A stretch of DNA of 53,424 bases from contig PBNX01000013.1 of assembly GCA_002723375.1 (NCBI GenBank), positions 1 to 53,424 of the forward strand, written 5' to 3'. The notes under the pieces are model-generated. The model saw only the letters and a list, made by a program, of their open reading frames with translations. It was not told where the DNA came from and made no database searches. Positions 34,767-44,568 of this stretch are shown here, piece by piece. Each line of letters opens with the position of its first letter. Positions within the stretch are counted from its first letter, which is position 1. The stretch comes from Dehalococcoidia bacterium. GTDB lineage: Bacteria > Chloroflexota > Dehalococcoidia > Lucifugimonadales > Lucifugimonadaceae. The translations under genes and the position numbers were made by a program.

Positions 34767-37168
34767 ATAATACAAAAAGTAATAAAGTTTCAAGAAGAAA
34801 GTTTATGGGGCTTTTGGGTGGAACAGCACTAGGTGCAGTTATTTTTGAAGCATGTGGAGTCCCAGAACAAGAGTATATAATTCAAAGTCCTGTAGATATG
34901 CCAGAAGACTATGTTAAGGGTGAAGACAATTGGTATGCGACTACCAGTGATACTTCTGAGCATGGCGAAAGTATAATTGTAAGAATTATGCAAGGAAGGG
35001 CTAAAAAAATTGAAGGCAATCCTGATTTTCCAAACACATTAGGAAAGCACAGAGCTGTAACAGAAACTGAGATACAAACTCTATATCATCCAGACAGAAT
35101 TTCAGGACCATTATATAGAAAAACAAGTTCAGGTAACCATAGGCCAATATCATGGAAAGAGGCTGAATTAATGATTAAAGAGTCATTGTCAGCAAAAGGA
35201 AATAAATCAATAATTACAAAATCACTTAGAGGAATGAATAAAGGTATTATTGATCAATTTGCTAATGAAAAAGGGTTGAAGCATCTAACATTATCATCTC
35301 TGCATGATTACTCCATGTATGAATCATCAAAAGAAGTATTCGGAACAAAAAGTTTGCCGTACTTTGACATAAAAAATTCAGATCTAATTATATCTTTTGG
35401 CCTCGATTTTCTTGGAACATGGGGTCCAGTAGAATATGAAAACCAATTCGGAAATTTCAGAGGCAAAGATCATAGAGGATATATGATTCAAATAGAACCA
35501 AGAATGTCCTTAACTGCTGCTGCTGCTGACACTTGGCTTTGCAGTGACCCTGGAAGAGAAGGGCTAATAGCTCTTATGATTGCAGATCAAATTATCAAAA
35601 GTGGTAAGGGTAATTCCGCTAATATAGATAAATTTAAGGAACTAACAGGAATATCAGATATTTCTGAACTTAACAATTCATCTGCTTCTCTTGATGCAAA
35701 ATCTGTAGGGTCAGCCACAGGGATTGATTATCATAAATTGGAAAAACTCACAGAAAAATTAATTTCTCATTTAGAAAGTAATGACCATTCTAAAATATTA
35801 TTTTTATCTGGAGGAGCAACTTCCGGATATCCTAATTCTAAGAGTATAAATTCTTTAGTTTTGGGGTTAAATTACTTAACAGGATCAGTTAATAAAGAAG
35901 GCGGGATAATTCTAAATCCTGATAATGTTTTTGATAATATCGAAATTAATGGAGAGACCCTTAATCTTCCACAATCTTCATCGTGGAATTCTTTAGATTA
36001 CTGGAATGAAGAAATTGAAAATTGGAAATCAGGAAGCCAAGATTTAATTATCGTTAGAGGCGTGGATTTGTTAAATGAGATTCCAGGAAAATCAGTTACA
36101 ACGGAGGCATTTAACAACTCAAAAATGTCAATAGGATTTGGAACTATAATTAATGACACGCTTGAAAGATGCGATTTAATTTTGCCAGATAATACAAGTA
36201 TGCAATCATGGGGATCTGATATTCCTGAGCCTAGAACTGGCTATCAAGTATTTGCTTTTGGACAACCAGTCGCTTCAGCACCTTACACAAGAGATGGGTC
36301 AAAAAAATTATATGATTCGAAAAGCTTCTACAATGTCCTTCTTTCTCAAATGGAAAATGGTCTTTCCGGGCTAACTTACATGGATTTATGCAAAGAAATT
36401 TCAAATAAAATTTATGAAAGTAGTTCGTATAATAATTCTTCAATTGTGGCTTCAAATTCTGATGATTTTTTCAAAGGTATTATGGCTAGAGGAGGATGGT
36501 GGAATGTAAACAAGAAATCTTCAGGGCCTAAAAATCCAAAAATTAATATTTCAAATGTAGTTACAAATATAAATAGAAATAATAATTTTCATTTGATTCC
36601 TTTTAAATCGCATGTTTTTGGAGATGGAAATTCAATGTCAACCCCATGGGCCCAAGGTTCGCCTGATCCTTTGACTTCTATTACTTGGGATAGCTGGGTA
36701 GAAATTAATACTAAAACTGCTGAAGGTTTAAAAATTAAGCAGGGCGATATTTTAAAAATCACATCAAATTCAGGTTCAATTGAATTGCCAGCATATCTTC
36801 ATCCTGGGGTTCCTAGCAACTCTGTTTCTGTGCCTATAGGATTAGGAAAACAAAATTTTACTAGATATGCCAGTGAAAGAGGCTCAAATATCGTTGAGTT
36901 GATTGATGTATCTAAGCTCAATGAAGACGGGAATGTGCCTTGGAATTCAACTTCAGTTTCAATTGAGAAAACAAAAAATAAGAAAAAGATTTCAAAATTC
37001 GAAGGAACGGTTCCCGCCATAGCAGTAGAACCTGGAGTTCCAATTTTGACAGTTGGGCCAAATGAGTCAGCCGAAGAGGGTTTCCATAGAGCTCACGAAG
37101 AACATCTTGATCATACATTTGGTGATCACTTTAATGATAAAAAACATAATGAAGAAGAAAGTCATTAG
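34754..37168 (+). CDS. actB: Alternative complex III ActB1: molybdopterin-oxidoreductase-like subunit with a Tat signal
   Basis: Twin-arginine leader SRRKFMGLLGGTALGA and an 804-aa CISM-like catalytic-subunit fold. It is positioned between actA and the FeS subunit. Confidence 0.82.
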   Translation: MSSLDNTKSNKVSRRKFMGLLGGTALGAVIFEACGVPEQEYIIQSPVDMPEDYVKGEDNWYATTSDTSEHGESIIVRIMQGRAKKIEGNPDFPNTLGKHRAVTETEIQTLYHPDRISGPLYRKTSSGNHRPISWKEAELMIKESLSAKGNKSIITKSLRGMNKGIIDQFANEKGLKHLTLSSLHDYSMYESSKEVFGTKSLPYFDIKNSDLIISFGLDFLGTWGPVEYENQFGNFRGKDHRGYMIQIEPRMSLTAAAADTWLCSDPGREGLIALMIADQIIKSGKGNSANIDKFKELTGISDISELNNSSASLDAKSVGSATGIDYHKLEKLTEKLISHLESNDHSKILFLSGGATSGYPNSKSINSLVLGLNYLTGSVNKEGGIILNPDNVFDNIEINGETLNLPQSSSWNSLDYWNEEIENWKSGSQDLIIVRGVDLLNEIPGKSVTTEAFNNSKMSIGFGTIINDTLERCDLILPDNTSMQSWGSDIPEPRTGYQVFAFGQPVASAPYTRDGSKKLYDSKSFYNVLLSQMENGLSGLTYMDLCKEISNKIYESSSYNNSSIVASNSDDFFKGIMARGGWWNVNKKSSGPKNPKINISNVVTNINRNNNFHLIPFKSHVFGDGNSMSTPWAQGSPDPLTSITWDSWVEINTKTAEGLKIKQGDILKITSNSGSIELPAYLHPGVPSNSVSVPIGLGKQNFTRYASERGSNIVELIDVSKLNEDGNVPWNSTSVSIEKTKNKKKISKFEGTVPAIAVEPGVPILTVGPNESAEEGFHRAHEEHLDHTFGDHFNDKKHNEEESH

Positions 37169-37180
37169 TAAGAAGGAAAA

Positions 37181-37921
37181 ATGGTAGCAGAAAAACAAAG
37201 TAAATTTAAATGGGGAATGGCTATTGATATTGACAAGTGCACAGGTTGCCAAGCATGTGTTTTAGCATGTCAGGCTGAAAATAACATTCCAATTAATACT
37301 GAAGATAACTTCAAAGATGCAAGAGGAATAGAGTGGATAAGAGTAGAAAGGTACTGGGAAGGTGAATTCCCTGATGTAAAAGCAAAGTTTATACCTATTC
37401 TATGCATGCATTGTGATAACGCTCCATGTGAACCAGTTTGTCCTGTTTATGCAAGCTATCATACTGTGGAAGGCCTTAATGTACAGGTATACAATAGGTG
37501 CGTTGGAACAAGGTATTGTGCGAATGGTTGCCCTTATTTAGTTAGGTTTTTCAATTATTGGGAACCAGAATGGCCAGAATCTTTCCAAAATCAACTGAAT
37601 CCTGATGTAACAGTTAGGAGCAGAGGGATAATGGAAAAATGCACCATGTGTATTCAGAGAATAAGGCGAGGTACTCGAAAAGCTAAAAGAGATAATAACG
37701 AAGTAATGGATGGGGACATTAGTCCAGCATGTGTTCAAGCATGCCCTACTGACGCCATGGTATTTGGTAATCAGAAAGATCCAAATAGTAAAATTAATAA
37801 AATGAAAAATGATAAAAGATCTTACACATTATTAGACCATTTAAAAACTAATAGCAATGTGTGGTATTTAGCAAAAGTCGATGAAGACACTGATACTCAT
37901 AGCAAGGAAGGGGGGCATTAG
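37181..37921 (+). CDS. actB: Alternative complex III ActB2: 4Fe-4S ferredoxin subunit (PsrB/NrfC-like), encoded separately from ActB1
   Basis: Four Cys clusters are present (CTGCQACVLAC, CMHCDNAPCEPVCP, CVGTRYCANGCP, CTMC...CVQACP). Confidence 0.88.
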   Translation: MVAEKQSKFKWGMAIDIDKCTGCQACVLACQAENNIPINTEDNFKDARGIEWIRVERYWEGEFPDVKAKFIPILCMHCDNAPCEPVCPVYASYHTVEGLNVQVYNRCVGTRYCANGCPYLVRFFNYWEPEWPESFQNQLNPDVTVRSRGIMEKCTMCIQRIRRGTRKAKRDNNEVMDGDISPACVQACPTDAMVFGNQKDPNSKINKMKNDKRSYTLLDHLKTNSNVWYLAKVDEDTDTHSKEGGH

Positions 37922-39318
37922 TGATTGAGGTACCAGTAACTAACAATACTGAAAAATTCAATTCTGCTACTAATTCTTTGGTTCCTACAACTAAAGAATC
38001 TCTTAGCGGAAAATTTAAGCTGATTTTTGGAATATTTGGTGTATTGTCTGTTATTGGAATAATTTCACTCATTTTAAAAATAACTACTGTTGGTTTTGAA
38101 ACTAAATCGGGATGGGGATATTATGCAGCTATAGTTTCACTTTTATTAGGAGTATTTGGCACAGCTCCAATGGTTGCAATAGCTCCTACAATTGCAAAAG
38201 CTGATTGGCATAGACCTGTATCTAGGATTGCTACAATGTTTACTTTAGCTGGAATATCTACATCTATACTTGCAATACCATTAATATTTGCTTTGCCTCC
38301 CCTAGTAGTAGATGGAATCCGAAGAAGATCAATTTGGTTTGATGCTAATATTTATACACCTCATGTTTTTTTTGGCATTGCAGTAATTGGATTATTCTTT
38401 ATTGGATTAGCATTGTTATGGGTTACCTCGATACCTGATTTATCTATAATGCGTGATCATAGTTCAGGGTGGAGACAAAGATTAGGAAAATCTTTATCGA
38501 GAGGATTTATTGGCACTGAGAGACAGTGGATAAGTTTGAGAGCAAGAATTGGAATGATGGGGACATTTTATTTCATGTTCTTGATATTTGTTCATATAAT
38601 TTACAGTATATGTTTCAGTCTTGAATTAGTAGCGGGATGGAAAGATGCTATATACCCAATGTACCATGCAGCAACTGGAATTCAGTCAGGAGTTGCTACA
38701 GTCATAATTGGATTATTTCTATTTAGAAAATACTGGAACCTTGAAGACCACATAGGAATTGATCAATTTTGGGCACTATCAAAATTAATGTTTGCAACAA
38801 CTATTTTCTGGTTCTACTTCTTTATATGTGCATTTATGATATTTTGGTATGGAAAATCTGCAATTAACGAAATGACTATAGCAATTTTAGTAAATGGTCC
38901 TTATATGCCAATTTTTATCGGAACTCTATTGCTAAGCTTTATTGTTCCATGGTGGATAATTATTTGGAATCCAGTCAGATATAGTCCTGCAATGTTATCT
39001 GTAGTAGCTGCAATTGTATTAATTGGGAGTATATTAGATAGAATTCGTTTATATGTTATCTCATGGCAAGTTTATAGCGATGAAATGATTCATAAAAGAT
39101 ATATTCCTCTTGATGAAATACCTGAAAACATGATCGCTCCAAATCTATTGGATATAGGTATTTTTATAGGATTCATATCTCTTGGAATATTTGCGATTTT
39201 ATTAACTACAAGACTTATACCTGTTGTCTCAATTTGGGAGAGGCATCAGTCTATATTATTAACTAGGCATATCAAGTTCCATAGAACTGAAGTTTATGCT
39301 GTTGGAAAACCGGATTAA
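37921..39318 (+). CDS. NrfD/PsrC-like polytopic membrane subunit, the divergent (ActF-like) paralogue
   Basis: About 10 TM helices and the same family as the next gene, but the ActC signature blocks are poorly conserved. GTG start overlaps the actB2 stop. Confidence 0.7.
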   Translation: MIEVPVTNNTEKFNSATNSLVPTTKESLSGKFKLIFGIFGVLSVIGIISLILKITTVGFETKSGWGYYAAIVSLLLGVFGTAPMVAIAPTIAKADWHRPVSRIATMFTLAGISTSILAIPLIFALPPLVVDGIRRRSIWFDANIYTPHVFFGIAVIGLFFIGLALLWVTSIPDLSIMRDHSSGWRQRLGKSLSRGFIGTERQWISLRARIGMMGTFYFMFLIFVHIIYSICFSLELVAGWKDAIYPMYHAATGIQSGVATVIIGLFLFRKYWNLEDHIGIDQFWALSKLMFATTIFWFYFFICAFMIFWYGKSAINEMTIAILVNGPYMPIFIGTLLLSFIVPWWIIIWNPVRYSPAMLSVVAAIVLIGSILDRIRLYVISWQVYSDEMIHKRYIPLDEIPENMIAPNLLDIGIFIGFISLGIFAILLTTRLIPVVSIWERHQSILLTRHIKFHRTEVYAVGKPD

Positions 39319-39321
39319 AAA

Positions 39322-40695
39322 ATGCAACAGAGACGACAACTAGACGAAAAACAAATAAATAGAGAGTTGCTTAATGGAAATCTAGCAACTCCTAAATGGT
39401 ATTATCCAGTCATGGGGGTTTTGGGGGTAGGCGTTCTAATTGGATTTGCAACTATTCTTTATATGTTTAACAGAGGATTAGGAGTTACCGGACTGGCCAG
39501 GCCAGTATATTGGGGTCTTTTTATTACAACATTTGTTTTCTGGGTTGGAATAAGTCATGCTGGAATTATGATATCTGCAATTTTGAGGCTTACTCAGGCA
39601 GAATGGAGAAGGCCTGTTACAAGAGCAGCTGAATTATTAACTGTATTCTCTCTATTAACCGCATTATTCTTCCCTCTTATGCACGCTGGAAGACCTTGGA
39701 GAATAGCATACTGGTTAATACCATATGATTGGGCTAGAGGAATTTGGCCGAATGTTAGATCACCACTTTTTTGGGATCCTATTGCTATTGGGACTTATTT
39801 AACAGGAAGTACATTATTTTTATTTGTTGCTCTAATACCAGATTTGGCTATTTTGAGAGACAGAACTACTGGAATTAAAAAAACTATATATTCTATGCTT
39901 GCTCTTGGTTGGAGAGGAAATCCAAGGCAATGGCAATTGCAAGTTGTAGCAGGAATATTATTATCAGCTCTAATGCTGCCGATTTTCGTTTCTGTTCACT
40001 CAATTGTAAGTTGGGACTTTGCCGTTACGCCTGCAGTTGAAGGATGGCATTCAACTATTTTTGCTCCTTACTTTGTTATAGGAGCTGTTCATTCTGGGGT
40101 TTCTGCAGTTGTTACTATGATGTGCTTAATGAGATGGCTTTGGAAGTGGAATAACTATATAAGGCCTGAGCATTTTGATGCACTAGCTAGACTACTAATA
40201 ATTGTTGCAACTGCATGGTTAGCTTTTACTTTCCTAGAGTTAATATTTTCTTTATATGGTAGAGATGCACCTGAAATTGCATTAAGAGAACTTCAAATAT
40301 TTACATGGCCATGGAATCTAATATTTATTACGTTTCTATTAACAGGTTATGTGATTCCAGTTGGTTGTTGGTTATTTAAAAGCTGCAGAAATAATATTGC
40401 CATAATGTTTTGGACATCCATATTAGTTAATGTTGGAATGTGGCTTGAAAGATTTTTAATAATTGTTCCAGGCCTAGCAAGAAAACAAGTGTTCGTTTAT
40501 ACATGGGAAGGTTACTGGCCAAGTCCTGTTGAGTGGGTAATACTTGTTTGGTCTTTTGCATGGGTTTCTTTTCTCATGCTTTTATTTGCAAGATTTTTTC
40601 CATTAGTTCCCTTATTTGAAGCTAAGGAAAGTCAAGTATTTACTACTGAAATGAAAGTAGGGCGTGCAACTGTCCCTATGGTAATTAGAGAGTGA
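39322..40695 (+). CDS. actC: Alternative complex III quinol-binding membrane subunit ActC (NrfD family)
   Basis: Conserved ActC blocks are present (FVFWVGISHAGIMISAILRL..AEWRRPVTRAAE, HAGRPWRIAYW, WDPIAIGTY). Confidence 0.85.
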   Translation: MQQRRQLDEKQINRELLNGNLATPKWYYPVMGVLGVGVLIGFATILYMFNRGLGVTGLARPVYWGLFITTFVFWVGISHAGIMISAILRLTQAEWRRPVTRAAELLTVFSLLTALFFPLMHAGRPWRIAYWLIPYDWARGIWPNVRSPLFWDPIAIGTYLTGSTLFLFVALIPDLAILRDRTTGIKKTIYSMLALGWRGNPRQWQLQVVAGILLSALMLPIFVSVHSIVSWDFAVTPAVEGWHSTIFAPYFVIGAVHSGVSAVVTMMCLMRWLWKWNNYIRPEHFDALARLLIIVATAWLAFTFLELIFSLYGRDAPEIALRELQIFTWPWNLIFITFLLTGYVIPVGCWLFKSCRNNIAIMFWTSILVNVGMWLERFLIIVPGLARKQVFVYTWEGYWPSPVEWVILVWSFAWVSFLMLLFARFFPLVPLFEAKESQVFTTEMKVGRATVPMVIRE

Positions 40696-40708
40696 AGGAG
40701 AAATTACT

Positions 40709-41221
40709 ATGTCAAAAATAAGTATGTTAGGTTTATACGATAATCCTGATTCAGCAGCAGATGCCTTAGATGCCTTAAGTGAAGCAGGATTTGACTCAAA
40801 TAACTTTGATGTCTTAACTGGAACACCCTATCCAGAAGGAGCTTTTGGAGAACATGTTCCTCAACACAGATTATTCAGGTTTCCACTGTTTGGAGCAATC
40901 GTTGGTCTTACACTTAGTGTATTTCTCACTTCTACAACTCAAATAGTATATCCACTTGTTACAGGAGGAAAACCAATATTATCTATTTTTGCAATGTTAG
41001 TAATTATGTATGAAATGACAATGTTATCAGCAGTAATTACAACTGTTATTGGAATTCTATTTGAATCAAGATTGCCAAATATTTCCATGAATGTATATGA
41101 CACCAGAATTACTGAGGGTTTAATAGGAGTTTCTTTAGTATGCACAAGCGATAAGAAAGAAACTGCAGAAAGAGCATTTAATGGATCTGGGGCAATGGAG
41201 ATAAAATCATCAGGAAGATAA
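40709..41221 (+). CDS. actD: Alternative complex III membrane subunit ActD (DUF3341)
   Basis: N-terminal soluble segment LGLYDNPDSAADALDALSEAGF followed by two TM helices. The size is typical. Confidence 0.8.
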   Translation: MSKISMLGLYDNPDSAADALDALSEAGFDSNNFDVLTGTPYPEGAFGEHVPQHRLFRFPLFGAIVGLTLSVFLTSTTQIVYPLVTGGKPILSIFAMLVIMYEMTMLSAVITTVIGILFESRLPNISMNVYDTRITEGLIGVSLVCTSDKKETAERAFNGSGAMEIKSSGR

Positions 41222-41222
41222 A

Positions 41223-41870
41223 TTGATAAAATTTACAAAAAAATTTAATAAGAAGCATTCCTTATTTTTTATTTTGCTTTCTTTGATAATATTGGCTCCT
41301 ACATGCCAAAGCGGAATAACGCAAAGAGGAACTTATCCGATAGAAATTTTTTCAGAAATGCATTATTCATATGCTTACAGAAATCAAGAATCACCTAGAT
41401 TAGAATCATTAGCTAATGCTGAGCCATTTGTCACTCCAAATGAAAGAGTAAATGACTCTGCGTCAGTTTTAGAAATGGATTCAAATTTTACATATGACCC
41501 AAAAATTGGAGCAGAATTATATAGAGTGAATTGTTCTTTCTGTCACGGGAATAAAGGGATGGGTGATGGTACGGTAGCACCTCATATATCTTCTGAAGAT
41601 AGTTTTTATGCAACAACACCAACTGACGAAGTTCCAGGTTCAGGGATGGGAGCATATAAAGCTGTTCCAGCACTACATAATCTAGCCGAAAGACTGCAAG
41701 GCAAAGATAAGGCAATTAACAGACTTGAATACATGCTAAAAATGGAATCAGGATCTATTGCTCTAGGGCCTATGCCTAGCTTTTTATGGGTTTTCACAGA
41801 AGAGCAAAGAAGCCAAATCATCAATTATATTGTTGATGAAGAAAATGGCATTACATCTAACTCAAATTAG
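41223..41870 (+). CDS. actE: Alternative complex III monoheme cytochrome c lipoprotein ActE
   Basis: Lipobox-like LAPTC after the signal helix, and a single CSFCHG heme site with distal Met candidates. Confidence 0.8.
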   Translation: MIKFTKKFNKKHSLFFILLSLIILAPTCQSGITQRGTYPIEIFSEMHYSYAYRNQESPRLESLANAEPFVTPNERVNDSASVLEMDSNFTYDPKIGAELYRVNCSFCHGNKGMGDGTVAPHISSEDSFYATTPTDEVPGSGMGAYKAVPALHNLAERLQGKDKAINRLEYMLKMESGSIALGPMPSFLWVFTEEQRSQIINYIVDEENGITSNSN

Positions 41871-41904
41871 TCCTAATAATTGAAAATTAAGTTATCATTC
41901 TTAT

Positions 41905-42318
41905 ATGGGCAAATCAATCATAAGTAGTAAAATAATTATACTATTAATATCATTTTTATTTATTCTAATTTCATGTATTTCAAATACTGATCAAACAAAT
42001 AACAGAGAATATAATTTATTTTCTCAAATAATGTGCCCAATATGTGATGGACAAACAATAGCAGAATCTCAAGCTTCAATAGCTGAAGACATGAAAAAAA
42101 TGATTAGAGATCAAATAAAAGATGGAAAGGAAGATAAAGAAATTTTAAAATATTTTGAAGAAAGATACGGACAAGAAATATTATCAAACCCGATACCTAA
42201 AGGATTTAATTTAACGATATGGATCGCACCAATATTGATAATAATAATATCTTCAACAATTACTATTTATTCTTTAAGAAAAAATATGGGTACGAGGTCT
42301 AATAATGACAGTTTCTAG
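41905..42318 (+). CDS. ccmH: Cytochrome c maturation protein CcmH/NrfF (System I)
   Basis: Signal/anchor followed by MCPICDGQTIAESQASIA (CxxC-Q-(S/T)-I-AES signature), plus a C-terminal TM. Confidence 0.88.
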   Translation: MGKSIISSKIIILLISFLFILISCISNTDQTNNREYNLFSQIMCPICDGQTIAESQASIAEDMKKMIRDQIKDGKEDKEILKYFEERYGQEILSNPIPKGFNLTIWIAPILIIIISSTITIYSLRKNMGTRSNNDSF

Positions 42319-44257
42319 CCTTGGGTTTACTTTATTAATACTTACACTAAATTTATGCCTTTATTCAATTATTGGTTCATTAATTGGTGTAAGAGTTTCA
42401 AGCAATATCCTTTTAAAAAGTTGCAAAAATGCAAGTTATTGCACATTAATTACATTAGGTTTATCTGTTGCTTGCTTAGTTTATGCCTTTGTTACTAGAG
42501 ACTTCTCTATTAAATATGTTTTTAATCATAGCAGCCTATCCATGAATCCAATTTATACTTGGGTTGCAATGTATGCTGGAAATGAAGGATCTTTACTATA
42601 TATAGGATTTATAATTTCTGTTGCATCTTTTTTTACACTATTATTTCTTCCATCAGAATTAAATGACGCTGAACCATATTTAGTTTCAATTTTATCTGGA
42701 TTTCTCTTATTTTTTGTTGGTGTAATGGTTTTGCTAGCTAATCCTTTTGAAACTTTTGAAAATATACCTAAAGATGGAAGGGGCATCAATCCGTTACTAG
42801 CTCATCCAGGGATGTTCTCTCATCCTCCCTTGTTGATGGCTGGATTAGCTACGATTTCAATTCCTTTTTCGTTAATAGTAAGTATGGTTTTTACAGGAAA
42901 ATTTCGTAATGATGGCTTAGATTATGTAAGAACAACTTCTTTATTAGTATGGTCAATCTTAGGTGTTGGATTATTACTTGGCTCTTGGTGGGCTTACACA
43001 ATTTTAGGCTGGGGAGGCTATTGGGTATGGGACCCAATTGAAAATGTTGGCTTAATGCCATGGTTAATCATGACTGCTTTTATCCATTCAATTATAGTTC
43101 AAAGAAGAAGAGGAATGTTTAGAGTTTGGAATGTAATCTTAATTTTTCTTGCATTTGTATTAGCTCAATTTGGAATGTTTATCAATAGAGGAGGCCCTGT
43201 TGTTTCCGTGCACTCTTTTGCTGCATCTACGCTAGGATACGTATTTTTAGGTTTTATGATTTTCAGTGCTATTTTTTGCTTAATTGTATTTATGCTAAAC
43301 AGCAATAAGATAAAAAGTGATAATAATGTAAAGTCATTTCTTTCTCGAGAGTCAGCATTTTTAATAAATAACTTTTTTTTAGTTGCTATCACTTTTGTTA
43401 CCTTATGGGGATTAATTTTTCCTCTAATATCAGAGGTTTTTGCAAATGAAACTGTTACAGTAGGAGCACCATATTACAATTCAGTAAATGGGCCAGTAAT
43501 TCTAGCACTTTTATTCGTAATGGGAATTGGTCCAAACCTCTCCTGGAGAAAAACTTCAAATAAAAATTTAAAGACTAATTTATTACTTCCAGTATCATTA
43601 GCAGTTATATTATTTATTATTTTATTAATTACTACTTCTAGGCCAATAATGTCTTCGCTTTCTCTTTCAGTTTTAATGCTTGTAATTTCTACAATTTTAA
43701 TTGAATGGTTAAAAGGATCTTTTAGGCTTACAAAGGGGGGAGTGCCATGGTTTATTTCCTTTTTTAAACTAATCTTGAACAACAAAAATAAGTATGGTGG
43801 ATACATTGTTCATATTTCCATTTTATTGGTAGCACTAGGTGTTATTGGTATTAACTTTTATCAAATAAAAGTAGATAAAGTAATTTCTATAGGAGAAAAA
43901 ATTGATATAGGAAACTATAAAGTTGAATTAATTGAAATAAGAAATAATGAGTTCAATGATAGAAGGGAAAAAATAGCTACATTTTCTGTAACAAATAAAG
44001 AAGATGAATTGATATCTATAATGGAAGGAAACAACACTTTTTACCCAAGTTTTAATATGGCTTCAATAAGAGCAGCAATAAACAGCAATCCTGTTGAGGA
44101 CCTATATGTTATTCCTTCAGATTTTATTAGTGAATCAAAAATGAAAATTATTATCAGTATCAATCCACTTGTTTGGTGGATGTGGATCGGTGGACCTATT
44201 TTCATTTTAGGTACACTAATATCATTGTGGCCAAATAAATTGTTAAAGGAAAAATAA
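42305..44257 (+). CDS. ccmF: Cytochrome c heme lyase subunit CcmF (System I)
   Basis: WWD-type motif GWGGYWVWDPIEN in a 650-aa polytopic protein. Confidence 0.92.
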   Translation: MTVSSLGFTLLILTLNLCLYSIIGSLIGVRVSSNILLKSCKNASYCTLITLGLSVACLVYAFVTRDFSIKYVFNHSSLSMNPIYTWVAMYAGNEGSLLYIGFIISVASFFTLLFLPSELNDAEPYLVSILSGFLLFFVGVMVLLANPFETFENIPKDGRGINPLLAHPGMFSHPPLLMAGLATISIPFSLIVSMVFTGKFRNDGLDYVRTTSLLVWSILGVGLLLGSWWAYTILGWGGYWVWDPIENVGLMPWLIMTAFIHSIIVQRRRGMFRVWNVILIFLAFVLAQFGMFINRGGPVVSVHSFAASTLGYVFLGFMIFSAIFCLIVFMLNSNKIKSDNNVKSFLSRESAFLINNFFLVAITFVTLWGLIFPLISEVFANETVTVGAPYYNSVNGPVILALLFVMGIGPNLSWRKTSNKNLKTNLLLPVSLAVILFIILLITTSRPIMSSLSLSVLMLVISTILIEWLKGSFRLTKGGVPWFISFFKLILNNKNKYGGYIVHISILLVALGVIGINFYQIKVDKVISIGEKIDIGNYKVELIEIRNNEFNDRREKIATFSVTNKEDELISIMEGNNTFYPSFNMASIRAAINSNPVEDLYVIPSDFISESKMKIIISINPLVWWMWIGGPIFILGTLISLWPNKLLKEK

Positions 44258-44568
44258 TGTTATATTTACTGCTAATATTAATATTAATTATTTGCATATT
44301 TTTAGTAATATACCCATTTATATTTCAAAATAATTTAGAAGATCCTCTAATAAGAGAATTAAATTTAAAAACAAGAAAGGAAAAATTGTTACTTGAATTA
44401 GATAATGAATTGGCAAGCGGGGTATTGGATAAAAATTTACATAGCCAATTATCATCTGAAGTTAATCAAATGATAAATATAGAATTTAAAAATTTAGATG
44501 ATATTTCTCCTAAAATTGATCCAATAGAAAAATTAATAAAATCAAAAAAAAATGAAAATAAAAAATAA
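44257..44568 (+). CDS. Small single-TM protein resembling the N-terminal module of CcmI
   Basis: A TM helix is followed by KEKLLLELDNELASGVLDKNLHSQL. This is comparable to the CcmI segment (LaELerDlaeG.l...). No TPR part is present. Confidence 0.4.
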   Translation: MLYLLLILILIICIFLVIYPFIFQNNLEDPLIRELNLKTRKEKLLLELDNELASGVLDKNLHSQLSSEVNQMINIEFKNLDDISPKIDPIEKLIKSKKNENKK

